A DNA stretch of 64,000 nucleotides from Mobula hypostoma (lineage: Eukaryota), in contig NC_086097.1 in the NCBI RefSeq assembly GCF_963921235.1, positions 27,406,001-27,470,000 of the forward strand, written 5' to 3'. A model generated the notes under the pieces. That model was not told the DNA's origin, searched no databases, and saw only the letters and a program-made list of their open reading frames with translations. Numbering within the stretch: the first letter of the stretch is position 1; each line of letters begins with the position of its first letter. The translations under genes and the position numbers were made by a program. Below are positions 40,697-52,261 of the stretch, piece by piece.

Positions 40697-40915
40697 ACCA
40701 TCAGGTTCTTGAACTGACCTGTCTTACAAACACCAGGTTCTTGAACAAACCCAACCTAAAACCACCAGGTTCTAGAACATACCTGTGCTGTGGCCACTAG
40801 GTTATTGAACAGACCTGGCCTACAAACCATCAGGTTCTTGAATAGACTTAAATATAACCATCAGATTCTTGAACTGACCTGTCATACAACCACAAGGTTC
40901 TTGAACAAACCTGCA
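40697..40915 (+). repeat. Diverged minisatellite, 7 units of about 31-33 bp
   Basis: The core accatcaggttcttgaac recurs with 13-15 nt variable but related linkers. Confidence 0.85.
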
Positions 40916-41182
40916 CAGCCCTAACCCTTCCTTAACAATGAAACACTGTGGATCACCATTTGCTCTTGTTTTATTTTGTACTAATGCCGTTTTGCACAAT
41001 CTTTTTTCTCTTCACTTCCTTGTGTAATTCATGCTTTGTGTGTTGTCTGGATCTATGTGTCTATGATGCTACTGCAAGCAACTTTTACATTGTACCTGAA
41101 CCTCACTGTAGGTGTGCACATGTCAATAAACTCGACTTGAAATAGTAGTCAAAAGAACAGCGGAGATTCACCGCAAATTAAC

Positions 41183-41323
41183 CTGCGTGCAACCAGATCT
41201 GTGCCAGGGTCATCCAGGGGTGCATTGGTCCCTGCTTGGGCATGCTGCTTTGCAAGGATGAAGCCACTTCTGACAACGCTTGCTCCACTCTTGAGGCTGC
41301 GATCGATGTGGCATGCACTGAAC
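41183..41323 (-). CDS. TTC7B: Tetratricopeptide repeat protein 7B, internal coding exon (141 nt, phase 1/1)
   Basis: Translates (G)[46 protein letters not shown], matching TTC7B. Acceptor cccacag ends at 41324; donor GTTAAT starts at 41182. The terminal G joins CT of the 7713 exon to give ...WLHA-A-EVY in frame (intron 7714-41182). Confidence 0.95.
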
Positions 41324-41457
41324 CTGTGGGGGTGTAAGAAAGATGACCATCAGTGGCAAGGAAAGGCAACCATTTAAAACAGACACAACAATGAGATGGC
41401 ACAGTACTTTACACTGTCAGACTCAACAACCACACACTGAAGCAGCCCTTTACCTAC

Positions 41458-41481
41458 CTGTCCTAGCCTGCCCTCCGTAGA
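41458..41481 (-). CDS. Candidate 24-nt alternative TTC7B microexon (would add VYGGQART)
   Basis: ttaactctccaaaccag|TCTACGGAGGGCAGGCTAGGACAG|GTAGGT. It preserves frame and is stop-free in phase 1, with a strong donor but a weak polypyrimidine tract. No transcript evidence is available. Confidence 0.3.
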
Positions 41482-42614
41482 CTGGTTTGGAGAGTTAATG
41501 TGCCTTGACACCTACCTCTTCTCATATTGTTATACTTTGCTCTGTAATCTCTCTGAAGTGCTCTGGAATGTTTGCAGTCTACCCTATATAAATGGAACAT
41601 TCTTGTTTAGATAGAAAGAAACGTAATGGTTTTGGACCTAAATTTTTAATAGCTGTCTGACAAAATATTAATTAACTTATATTAATAGGATATGCATTTA
41701 AAATTAAAAAATAATAACCTGTGAATGGGAATAAAAAGCTTGCAGGTTCTTCAGCTGAGGGCAATGAGAAATAAACAGATTGCCCTTCATTCCTCCTGTA
41801 CCAGAATGAAATTAGTTGATGATTCCTGACTGCATCAAACCCACTCAGGATTTAGCTTCAGCCGAAGCGTTTGATTTAATCACAACGAAAATAAACTGCA
41901 GGCAAGCCCACAAGTGCACTGGCTTAACTGGATTTATTTTTGGCTAATTATTCATTTGGATACTGCTGCATGTAAATGCCGACAGCACTGCCAGGATGTT
42001 AATTTTGGTGGGCAGAGACTGGTTCACAGTCTACCTGCCTTTAAAGTGATAAATAAAGATGGCTAGTACTGAGCTCTGTTGTTATCTTCCCACCTCTCTC
42101 AAGACCAGGAAATCAGAGATTTAAAACTTCACTAACTATAGTCCAGGTACGGCTTGATGGGACGAGGAAGATTAACAGTTCAGCACGGACTACATGGGAT
42201 GAAGGACCCATTTCTGTGCTGTAGTGTTCTAAGCCTGTGTAAAAATTGCACAAGGTTGCTAACTCGCATGTTGGCCTCCGCTTAACAAGCCATTCTTCCT
42301 TGCTGGGTTTGACTTCCTCCTACTTGCTTTCACCTGCCTTTCTCTTGAGTGTATACACGTTCTACCTTCCCTCTTACAGATGGGCTGCCAGTGCACGGAA
42401 GGGAAGGACACGGAGTAGCGGTTGAGCCAGCACAGTCTGTAATTTACCAGCCAATGATCTTCCGCTGGAGAATGGACGTGTTAGAATTCCCTGTTCAGCA
42501 TCTGCACTCTTAAACCCACATTCAGAAGACAAGCAAAGGGTTGAAATAAAACTCTAAGTTCTATGGCCAGGATATAAACTACTATTATATATGAGGAATA
42601 TCAACTATTAAAGC

Positions 42615-42850
42615 ATAGCCGTTAGCATAACGCTATTACAGAGCCAGCAACCCAGGCTCAATTCCCACCACTGTATGTTGTCGCCATGACTGCGTGGGTT
42701 TCCTTCAGGTGCTCCGGTTTCCTCCCACACTCCAAAGGCGTATGGGTTAGTAGATTAAATGGTCATGGGGGTGTAATAGGGCGGCGTGGGCCTGCTGAGC
42801 TGGAAGAGCCTGTTACCGTGCTTTATCTCTAAATAAAAACAAATAATAAT
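42615..42850 (+). repeat. tRNA-derived V-SINE (tail type A)
   Basis: tRNA-like head, V-domain tgcgtgggtttccttcaggtgctccggtttcctcccac and tail cctgttaccgtgctttatctctaaataaa. Confidence 0.75.
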
Positions 42851-44887
42851 TTAAGCAGGTAACTGGTATCAACTACAGATAGGTTTTATCTCATGTTTAT
42901 GAATCTTCCTGGACCCTGCTTGACAGTACAAAACAGCTGATAGCAAATTACCAGCCTCTTTTGCATCTCAACATTGCTGGTCAACAGATACAAAAATAGA
43001 TGGAGAGATGCAAATCGGGCTGCTGACATGTCATCATATGGTTGTCACCATCACAGAAGTTTGAAATTAAAATCACCAACTCTGTGGTTAACTTGCTGGG
43101 TCTTTTCCTGTGTCCTGAAAGGACAGGAGGATTTTCTCTGGATAACCTGGTACTATCTGCTGGTCCCTGTCTAACAAAGGCTCAACCTGTAGCATTAATT
43201 TCCCACATTCAAATCTTGATGTATTCCTGTTTGTGTACTTCCAACACTTTCTGCTTCAATTTTATGATTCTCCATAAACCTATTAATAAAGAAAAAGAAA
43301 TTGAAATTTATTTATTTAGAAATATGGCACGACAACAGGAGCTTCTGGCCTGTTTAACATTAAGCTTCTGTTTGCACTTCAAGATTTATTTTAATGTTTT
43401 TAGTTGACAATGACATTACCACTGAAGCTAGCTTTTGTAGCCCAGTTTTTCCAGTTTCAGAGGGCAGCTAAGAGTGAATTACATCACTGTGGGTTTAGAG
43501 TATATAATTCAGAGTAGGCAAGGAGGCAGGTTTCTTCCCCTGGAGGACATTAGTAAACCAGATGGATTTTTGTAATAATATGGTGGTTTCATGATCTCTA
43601 TAAGTTTTATTCCACCCCCCAGATTTTATTTAACTTACTGAATTTAAATTCCCCCCTCATTCCCCATGAACTCTTGCTAATCCCATTACAACTCAAACCT
43701 GTCTCCAAGTCATTAGACAACAATGGAACAAGGTGGTTGATTAGTACGTGTGTCAACGGTTACATGGAGAGGACAGGAGAATGGAGTTGAGAGGGATAAT
43801 AAATCAGCCAAGATGGAACAGTGCAGAATGGGCCAAATGGCTTCATTCTGCTCCTATGTTTTATGGAACTGTTACCCTGGATTAAAAGTATTCTGAGAAT
43901 TCTAAAATTAACACATCTGAAGTTTTGTCAGGAAAACAGAGTAAGCTGTAGAATCCCACAAGGCCACTAGGAGAACGTACAAACCCCTTACAGACAGCGG
44001 TGGGAAGTGAGCCTGGGTCGCTGGCTTTATCATAGCATTATGCTAACTACTACGCTACCGTTTCGCCCCAAATGGATTGATAACATTTCTGTTGCATACT
44101 AGGTTCACATGGTCACCGTACAGAATAGATTGTTATATGACAGATTTGATATATCATAATTAACTGACTAAATTACTCCCTTTAAACTATCCTACTTGTC
44201 TGGATTAATGTTTCGATGACAGAACAGTTAATTGCACTGATGTTTTCTACTGATCAAGATCTGAAAGTGATAAGAATTATGACTCATGCAAAATAAACAG
44301 ACTTGAGATTTGGACAAGCACAGAGAGACAACAAACAAAGCGTCTGTGTGCAGCCCAGCAAAGCCAATCAACGGCATGACTTCAGCCTCAGCACATGCGG
44401 AGCGAAGAGAGGGCAGACGGAGGGAAGGCAAAGTGTGCTGCAACACAAGACGGGCAGGAGTAGCTGCATGTCATAGATCACTATTGCTGGCCAAGTGCAT
44501 TTGAATCTCGTGGTAATTGAGACCCCGAGGGAGACAGAGCAGGGGAAGGGCAGCACACAGCAGCAGCCATGGCCTGTAGCACTAGATCATGCTACTGCTG
44601 ATGGAGAATCTACATTGACATTCGAAGAGGACAATAACGTGACTGAATGACTGAATCGAACCAGTAGGGCTGTAAATGAACTCTTACTTACAAACTGAAA
44701 AAAGGGATAAAAAACCATGAAAGTAAGCGTCTGGAGGATTGCCTTTAAACAACAGATCAAACCAGCAATTAAAATCGCATCAAAAACTCTTGCAAGTATA
44801 TTTGCGAATATCTTCAAATATATTTCCTTTAAACATAAGGTGTTGCTGACCCATTCTTCACTATATTTGTAACTTTTGAGAAACCAT

Positions 44888-45570
44888 AAACACAAGAGAT
44901 TCTGAAGATGCTGGAAATAAAGAGCAACGTACACAAAATGCTGGAGGAACTCAGCAAGTCAGGCAGCATTTATGGATGGGTAGCCTCCAACCTGATGGTA
45001 TGAACATTGATTTCTCTAAGATGTGGTAATCTCTCTCCCTCCACTTTCTCTCTTTTTCAATTCCACATTCTCATTCCCCCATTACCTCCTTCTCTTCTGC
45101 TCAGCTACCAACTCCTCCCTCTAGTTCTCCTCCTCCTTCCCTTTCTCCCATGATCCACTGTCCTCTCCTATTAGATTCCTTCTTCTGCAGCCCTTCACCT
45201 CTTCCATATATCACCTCCCAGCTTAATAGGGGATGAAGTAAGGAGCTGGGATGTGATAGGTGAAAGAAGGGCTGAAGATGGAGTAGAGAGTGGACCATGG
45301 AAGAAGGGGACGGAGGAGGGGAATATCCCCTCCTAGCCTCTTACTTCATCCACCCTTCCCTCACCCACCCACCCACATTACCCCTCAGCTGGCCTCACCT
45401 ATCATCTGCCAGCTTGTACTTCTTTCCCTCCCCACCCACTCATCTTTTTATTCTGGTTTCTTCCCTTTCTTTCCAATTCTAATGAAGGATCTCCACCCAA
45501 AATGTCAACTATTTATTCCGCCCATAGATGTTGTCTGACCTGCTGTTCTTCCAGCATTTTGTGTGTTGCC
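44888..45570 (+). mobile_element. Penelope-like terminal fragment, rearranged
   Basis: Inverted terminal piece, a GSLQPDGMNIDFS remnant, a pyrimidine-rich pLTR and a degenerate hammerhead at about 45475-45511. Confidence 0.7.
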
Positions 45571-46104
45571 TTGAGTAACGATGGCACTTTAGTGCAATAC
45601 AGGGCAGATTCACATATGGAGGCATCACTGTCTCTCCCACTGAGTGGCTCGAGGATACTGCACCACAGTCCTCCAACTCCTACTCATCTGGCAGGGGTAG
45701 GAAGTTGGCAGGCTGTGCAACTGTGGAAGACATCTGCACCTGTCCTCCTCCAATACTAACATGCACACATTGTTGTCTTTTAGCAAGAGAGAGGGAGACC
45801 AGGAAGGGCTGGTACTGTAGCCCACTGACAGGACAAAGCTGTAACTTATTGCCAGTTCGCTGAATTGCAGAATTCTTTGTCACAGATGGCTGTGGAGGCC
45901 AAGTCATTGGGCATAGTTAAAGCAGAGGCAGGTAGTTTCTTGATTAGTAAGGGAATCAAACGTTACTGAGAGAAGGCAGGAGAACGGGGTTGAGAAGGAA
46001 AATAAATCAGCCATGATGGAATGATGGAGCAGACTCGTTGGCTGAATGACCTAACTTTGCTGCTTTGATTTATGGTCTTATGGTCTTTATTACATTTGCA
46101 GATG

Positions 46105-46405
46105 CAGTGGTTAGCATAATGCTAATACAGCACCATGGACCTGGATACAACTCCTGCAACTGTCTGTAAGAAACTTGTACGTTCTCCCCAAACCATGCAG
46201 GTTTTCTCTGGGTGCTCCAGTTTCCTCCCACATTCCAAAGACAAACTGGGTAGGTTAATACATTGTGGGTATGCTATGTTGGCGCGGGAAGCATGGAGAC
46301 ACTAGTGGGCTGACCCCAGCACATCCTCAAACTGTATGGTAGTTGACGCAAACAACGCATTTCACTGTATGTTCTGAGGTACATACGAAAAATAAAGCTA
46401 ATCCT
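46105..46405 (+). repeat. tRNA-derived V-SINE (tail type B)
   Basis: A-box-like gcagtggttagc, V-domain and the same tail as 31410-31550. Confidence 0.7.
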
Positions 46406-48694
46406 TAAAAAGAACTGTGGGATGGTAAATGGAATATTTCTGATCTGTAGAACTTAGCTCCACACATTGTCAGTCCACTTACCAACACCATGGAAGTTTG
46501 GAATTGAAATCCTCCACACTATTGCAATAATGCAGTGAAGAATGTTGCTACATGCCTGACAACAAGCACTGTTCTTTACTATAGCAGGTCTCAGGCATTT
46601 TCTACACTATACATAAAAAAGAGCAATTAAAAGCCTTCAGCTCTGGATCGGTGACTCATGATGGTGTGTTGTTTTCCCATACAGTTTATCAAAATGCAGG
46701 ACCAAACACTGACATTTGCACTGCCTAAAGAAGGCAGCAGTTAATTGATACCAATTTGCAAGCTAGGATCTATCTCTGAAATCCCAAGACCTTCAATTCT
46801 TTGAGGAATGGTTCCAACAGATGCCCTGCAACCTTGGCCAGGAGATACAAGGGAGTCTGCAGATGCTGGGAATCTACAGCAGCACACACAAAATGCTAGA
46901 AGAACTCAGCGGGTCAGGCGGCATCCATGGAGGAAAATGAGCAGTCAGTGTTATCTGTCAAGACCCTTCATTAGGAGTGATTCCAAACTTCATTCATGAT
47001 GAGAGATCCTCAGTCTGTTCGTCATGGGCAAGCCTAGACAAAGAGTGTCAGAAGAACCTCTTCTTTTCAATGCTGCCCAGCTAATACCCACATAAATGTA
47101 CTCCCAGTGTATAACACAGACTTCCTCTCGATGTCAACAAAAGAGCTGCTCATTGACTTCAGAAAGGAGGGTGGTGCACAAGCTCTTCTCTACTTCAAGG
47201 GTGATGAGGTTGAGAAGGTTGACAGGGTAGCCTGCCCTGGTCCAACCACATTGATGTCATGGCCAAGAAAGCTCACCAAAGCTTCCTCGACTCTTACCAA
47301 TTTTTATCGATGCTCCACCAGAAAGTGTTCTGTCTGGCTGCATTCAACTTGGTATGGTAAGTGCTCTGCGCATGACTGCAAGAAACTTCAGGGAGTTGTG
47401 GACACAGCTTAGCACACCAGGGAAACCAGCCTCCCCTTCATGCACTGTTAATGTTATCACTGCCTCGCTAAATCAGCCAGCATAATAAAATACTGATCTC
47501 ACCCCAGGCATTCTCTCTTCTTTCCTCACCCCTTACCAGAAGATATAATAGCCTGAAAACATGTGCCATCAGAATCAAGAACTGTTTCTAACCCACTGAA
47601 CAGAACTCTCATACAATAAGATAGACTCTTGGCCTCACAATCTACCTCATTATGTTCTTACACCATACCGTTCACCTACACTGCGTTTTTTCCAAAGATG
47701 CTGAGTTCCTCCTGCATTCTATGTGTGCTGCTCTGGATTTCTAGCATCTGCAGAATCTCTAGTGTTTATGACTTGTAGCACTTTTTCAGTAGCTTGTTAA
47801 TTTATTTTGCATCGTGATTGTTTTACCTTATTCTACCTCAATGCACTGGGTAATGTTTTGGTCTATATGAAGAGTATGCAAGATGAGTTTTTCACTGTAT
47901 CTTCTACATGTGACAATATACAAATACCAGCATGTTTATGTAGGTTAAGAATGACAGATTGTCCAGCGTCGGCAGTGTTGAACAACTATTGCTATCAAAG
48001 TCATCCCCAAGCGACTATATAATAGCAACAAATAGCCTTAGGTTTTGGGGCATGATTGCCATTGGCAAGATTGGCATTTATCACCAATCCATATAACCTT
48101 CTTGCTTTCCCTGTTGTCTAGAGGACTTAAAACATAGACCATAGAACAATACAGCACAGTACAGGCCCTTCAGCCCATGATGTTGTGCTGACCATTTAAC
48201 CTATTCTAAGATCAATCTAACCATTCCTTCCTACATACCTTTCCATTTTCCTTTCAACCATGTGCTAATCTAAGAGTTTCTTCAATGCTACTAATGCAGC
48301 TGCCTCTACCACCCCTCATGACAGGGCATTCCACGCATTCCACTCTGTGTAAATAAACTTACTTCTGATATTCCTCCTGTACTTTCCTCCAAACATATTA
48401 AAATTATGCCTCCTGGTATGAGCCACCTCTGCTTGAGAAATAGACTCTTGTTATATAATCAACCTATGCCACTTATCTGGTACACTGCTATCAAGTGATC
48501 TCTGATCCTCCTTCATCCGAAAGGAATATGTCCTTGCTTGCTCAAGTTATCCTTCTAAGAGATGCCCTCTAATCCAGGAGCATACTGGTAAATCTCTTCT
48601 CCACTCCCTCTAAAGCTTCTATATCCTTCCTACAATGGTGTGACCAGAACTGAACACAATATCCTAAGTGTGGTCTAACCAGAGTTTTATAGAC

Positions 48695-48930
48695 ACCGGA
48701 GAGTGCAGATGCTGGAAATCCAGAATAAAATCCGCAAATCACTGGAGGAACTCAACAGGTCAGGCAGCATCTGTGGAAATGAATAAACAATTGATGTTTC
48801 GGGCCAAGTCCCTTCTTCAGGACTGAAAAAGAAGGGGGAAAATGCCAGAATAAGAAAAATGGGTGAGGGGAACAAGGACTAGCTAGAAGGTGAAGCCAGT
48901 TCTGTGGAAAAGGTAAAGGGCTGGAGAAAA
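48695..48930 (-). mobile_element. Penelope-like terminal fragment with hammerhead motif at 48788-48825
   Basis: Minus strand reads CAGUC CUGAAGA A GGGACUUGGCCC GAAAC AUC AAUUG; the boxes are intact but helices I and III are mismatched. Confidence 0.7.
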
Positions 48931-49072
48931 CCAAAAGATATAGGAGCAGAATTAAGTCATTTGGTCGACTGAATCTGCTCTGTCATTCCATCATGGCTGA
49001 CTTATTATCCCTTTCAACTCCATTCTCCTGCCTTCTCCCTGTAACCTTTGATACCTTGATTAATCAAGAACC

Positions 49073-50078
49073 ATTAATTTTCCTTACATATTGGATGCTG
49101 ATCTGTTAGATACTACAGTATTATGAGTATGAACCCTTCGATGAAGGGTTTCATTGGAAGAATTTATAATTTACTATTACAATGGGATAAGAATCCTTTA
49201 TTTAAGATTAAACAAGACTGGGAAAAGGAACTTAACTTGACTTTTATGATGGAGGATCAGATGCGGATTCTGAAGCTGGTTAACTCTTCTTCGATCTGTG
49301 CTACTCATTCACTGATTCAATTTAAAATTGTACATCGTTACCATATGACGAAGGAGAAATTGTCTAAAATATTTCCTAATGTTGATAGTTATTGTGATAG
49401 ATGTAAAACTGAGACAGCTATACTGACACACGTTTTGGTCTTGTTCTATACTGGAATAGTTCTAGAAGTCAGTTTTTTCGACAATTTCTAAATCTCTTAA
49501 AATTAATTTACTACCTAACAAATTAACTGGCTTTTTGGAATAATTCCTCAAAATATCCGTGGTATTTCTTTGTCTAACCAACATGTTATTGCATTTGTTA
49601 CATTGATAGCTAGGAGGGCCATTTTGTTGAAGTGGAAGGATACATCGGCTCCCACTTTGTCATAATGGTTCTCTCAAGTGATGCTATGTCTTAGTTTGGA
49701 GAAAATTAGAAGTCAAACCTTTGAACCTATGTTTGATCTTGAGAAAAGATGGGGTTCATTTGCTCTTTACTATCATTTGAGTTAATTGATAGATATCCTC
49801 CACGATCTAATTGTAAATTTTTGGCACATTTTTTTTTGTTGGCGATTTGATGTTTATCTTTAGAAGCTTTTGTATGACGCATAGTTCCGGGGTTGAACAC
49901 CTAATGGGTTTTTTTTTCCTTACTTTTTCCTGCTTAGTAGGGTTTTTTCCTCTTTTTTTCATCACCAATAATTTTTTCAATCTTTATAATAATGTTTTTT
50001 TCTTCAGACATCGTAAGTGTTGCTTACTTCGATGTACTCTTGTAAATTTTGGATAATAATAATAATAAAAAGATTTGA
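49073..50078 (+). mobile_element. L1-clade LINE 3' fragment nested in a CR1 tail
   Basis: Encodes IKQDWEKEL...LIQFKIVHRYHMTKEKLSKIFPNVDSYCDRC...LTH (zf-RVT-like C-terminus), followed by a T-rich 3'UTR, AATAAA and an A-rich end. aagaacc is duplicated at both flanks. Confidence 0.8.
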
Positions 50079-50084
50079 AAAGAA

Positions 50085-51795
50085 CCTATCACCTCTGCCT
50101 TAAGTATACCCAATGACTTGGCCTAAGTTTTCTTCATCTCTTCTCTAAATGAATGACCCTCTATTGTAAGGCTATGTCCTCTGATCTTAGATTCCCACAG
50201 CATAGGAAAGATCTTGTCCACATCTACTAGATCTAAGCCTTTTGATTTTTGAATTTTCTCCCCATTTAGAAGATAGTCCATGTCTTTATTCTTTCTACCT
50301 AAGTGTATGACTATGCACTTCCTTAAAATATATTCAATTTGCCACTTCTTTGCCCAAACTCCCTCTGCAGACTCACTGCTTTCTCAACACTAATTGCCCC
50401 TCTACCTATCTTCGTATCGCTGGCAAATTTGGTCACAAAGCCATTGATTTTGTCATCTAAATCATTGACGTATAAGGTGAAAAGAAGCGGTCTCAACACT
50501 GACCCCCGCAGAACGCCACTAGCCACTGGCAGCCAATCAAAAAAAGGCCTCCTTTATTCATACTTTTGCCCCCTGCCAGTCAGCCAATCTTCTATCCATG
50601 CTAGTAATTTTCCTCTAATAACATGGGTTCTTAGCTTGTTAAGGAGTGTTGGCCAGAAAGAATGACAATCTATAAATCAGTGAATTCACATGAATCAAGG
50701 ACAGTGGAAACAGACAGACGAATTGTCTTTGTTCTTGTTGTATGCTTGGGGATGCAAGCTGCCATTTTGTGACACTTTATTCTCCATTTTGTGGACTTGA
50801 TCAATGTTTTAAAGAAGACATAATGATTCTTTAGGCAATCCGCTGGACTGGAGATCATTTCCAAATAAGAAGTTATTTGTGAGATGTTTTTTGGTTGGCT
50901 ATAACATACAAGTTTGTGAATGTTGGGGTTGATGCCTGCCTGAGGTGAATCGAGCTCATTGCTGATTGAGAACAAAGAGCCATAAATTATTGACTGTCAC
51001 TTGATGGGAAGAAGGCAATAAGTTGATGCTAGCTTGGAGCAGAGCCAATAACAAGGTGTTAACGGACAGACACATGTCCTGTGGCCAATGACACTGGAAT
51101 GCGATATTTGAATTGATAAGGAGTGGATATAAAAGTGGATACTTCGTGTGTGTTGGTAGCGGTAACTTCGAAGAATAACCATCGCAGATACAAGCGTAAG
51201 CAACTCTGTGTGGAACACATTGCGAGTGAATCGGGACAACGAGGAACGCCTGGCCAGTGTAAACTCCCTTGCCCGGGTAATACCTTTGCTATTCTTTGAC
51301 TATTCAGGAGAGTCAGGGATACCTAGTGAGTGTGCACACAAGGTATCTGGTGTATGAATTCACATACTTATTAGTTTAAACAATAAAGGTACTTGTCAGT
51401 AAATACAGATCTCTCTGTACCTCACTAATCATCGTTATAAGTAATAGGTTTTTTTTTAACAACAGCAGCGTCATGTGCGGCACCTTGTAAAATGCCTTCT
51501 GAAAATACAAATAAACAACATTCACTGATTCTCTTCTGTCTTTCCTGGCTATTATTTCCTCAAAAAATTTCAACGAATTGTCAGACTAGATTTCCACTCA
51601 AGGAAACCAAGCTGACTTTCGCCTATTTTATAATGTGCCTCCGTGTATCCTGATTCTTCATACTTAATAATGCACTCTAACATCCTCCCAACCACTGAAG
51701 TCAGGCTAACTGACCCACTATATCCTTTCTTCTGACTCCCTTCCTTCTTAAAGAGTGGAGTGACATTTGCAATGTTCCAATCATCCGGAATCAAG
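50085..51795 (-). mobile_element. CR1 LINE RT fragment, split by a solo LTR
   Basis: SGVLRGSVLRPLLFTLYVNDLD...TKFASDTK lies on one side of the LTR; YLYFQKAFYKVPH and IPDDWNIANVTPLFKK lie on the other. Confidence 0.85.
50647..51464 (+). mobile_element. Solo LTR (818 bp)
   Basis: TGTTG...CAACA termini with a 4-bp flanking near-duplication ggag/gcag. TATAAAA at 51128-51134 and AATAAA at 51382-51387. It cleanly interrupts CR1 coding sequence. Confidence 0.8.
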
Positions 51796-51805
51796 ACCTT
51801 ATCAA

Positions 51806-52035
51806 ATGATGATGTTGACTCAAACCTGAGAGGCTAGTGTCGGGCATTTTCATGCCTTATAAGGCGTAGTTCGAAAGGCTGTGTGGGGCGCTGCTCCTCG
51901 CACAGACATTTCGCAGTATTATTTTACGAGGCCAAGTTGCGAGCTTGACATCAACCCGGCGTGGATGGAGAGCAGTCTGGGGGCAGTCTGTCACTGGATC
52001 GAACTCAGGAACCTACGTTCTCAATCTCACCGCGC
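51806..52035 (-). repeat. tRNA-headed SINE with RTE-like body
   Basis: Minus strand has a B box gagttcgatcc, then ctcgcaacttggcctcgtaaaa (resembling the RTE 5' motif) and a (cat)n end. Confidence 0.55.
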
Positions 52036-52261
52036 TATCAACCTCCACCTTAAATACAGTATACCTGGTGACTTGACCTGCATAGCTGTCTGTGGCAATG
52101 AATTCCACAGATTCACCACCCTCTAAAGACATTTTCTTCATCTCTGTTCCAAATGGACGTTCTAGATGAACGTCTCTCCATTCTGAGGCTGTGTCCTCTG
52201 GTCATAGACTCTCCCACGATAGGAAACATCCTCTCCACATATATTCTATCTAGGCCTTCAG

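Noticed and set aside
40697..40915. CRISPR-like array
   Set aside because: The context is a eukaryotic intron with no cas genes. The repeats are degenerate, the spacers are only 13-15 nt and related to each other, and the core resembles a LINE 3' motif.
7511..41323. Assignment to TTC7A instead of TTC7B
   Set aside because: The peptides [26 protein letters not shown] and GKPAEATAC..EAANLFP follow TTC7B as I recall it. A reciprocal BLASTP would confirm.
42030..44265. Other AG/GT pairs on the minus strand (about 42035-42038 and 44251-44260)
   Set aside because: They would give 4- or 10-nt frameshifting or stop-containing exons, which are expected by chance.
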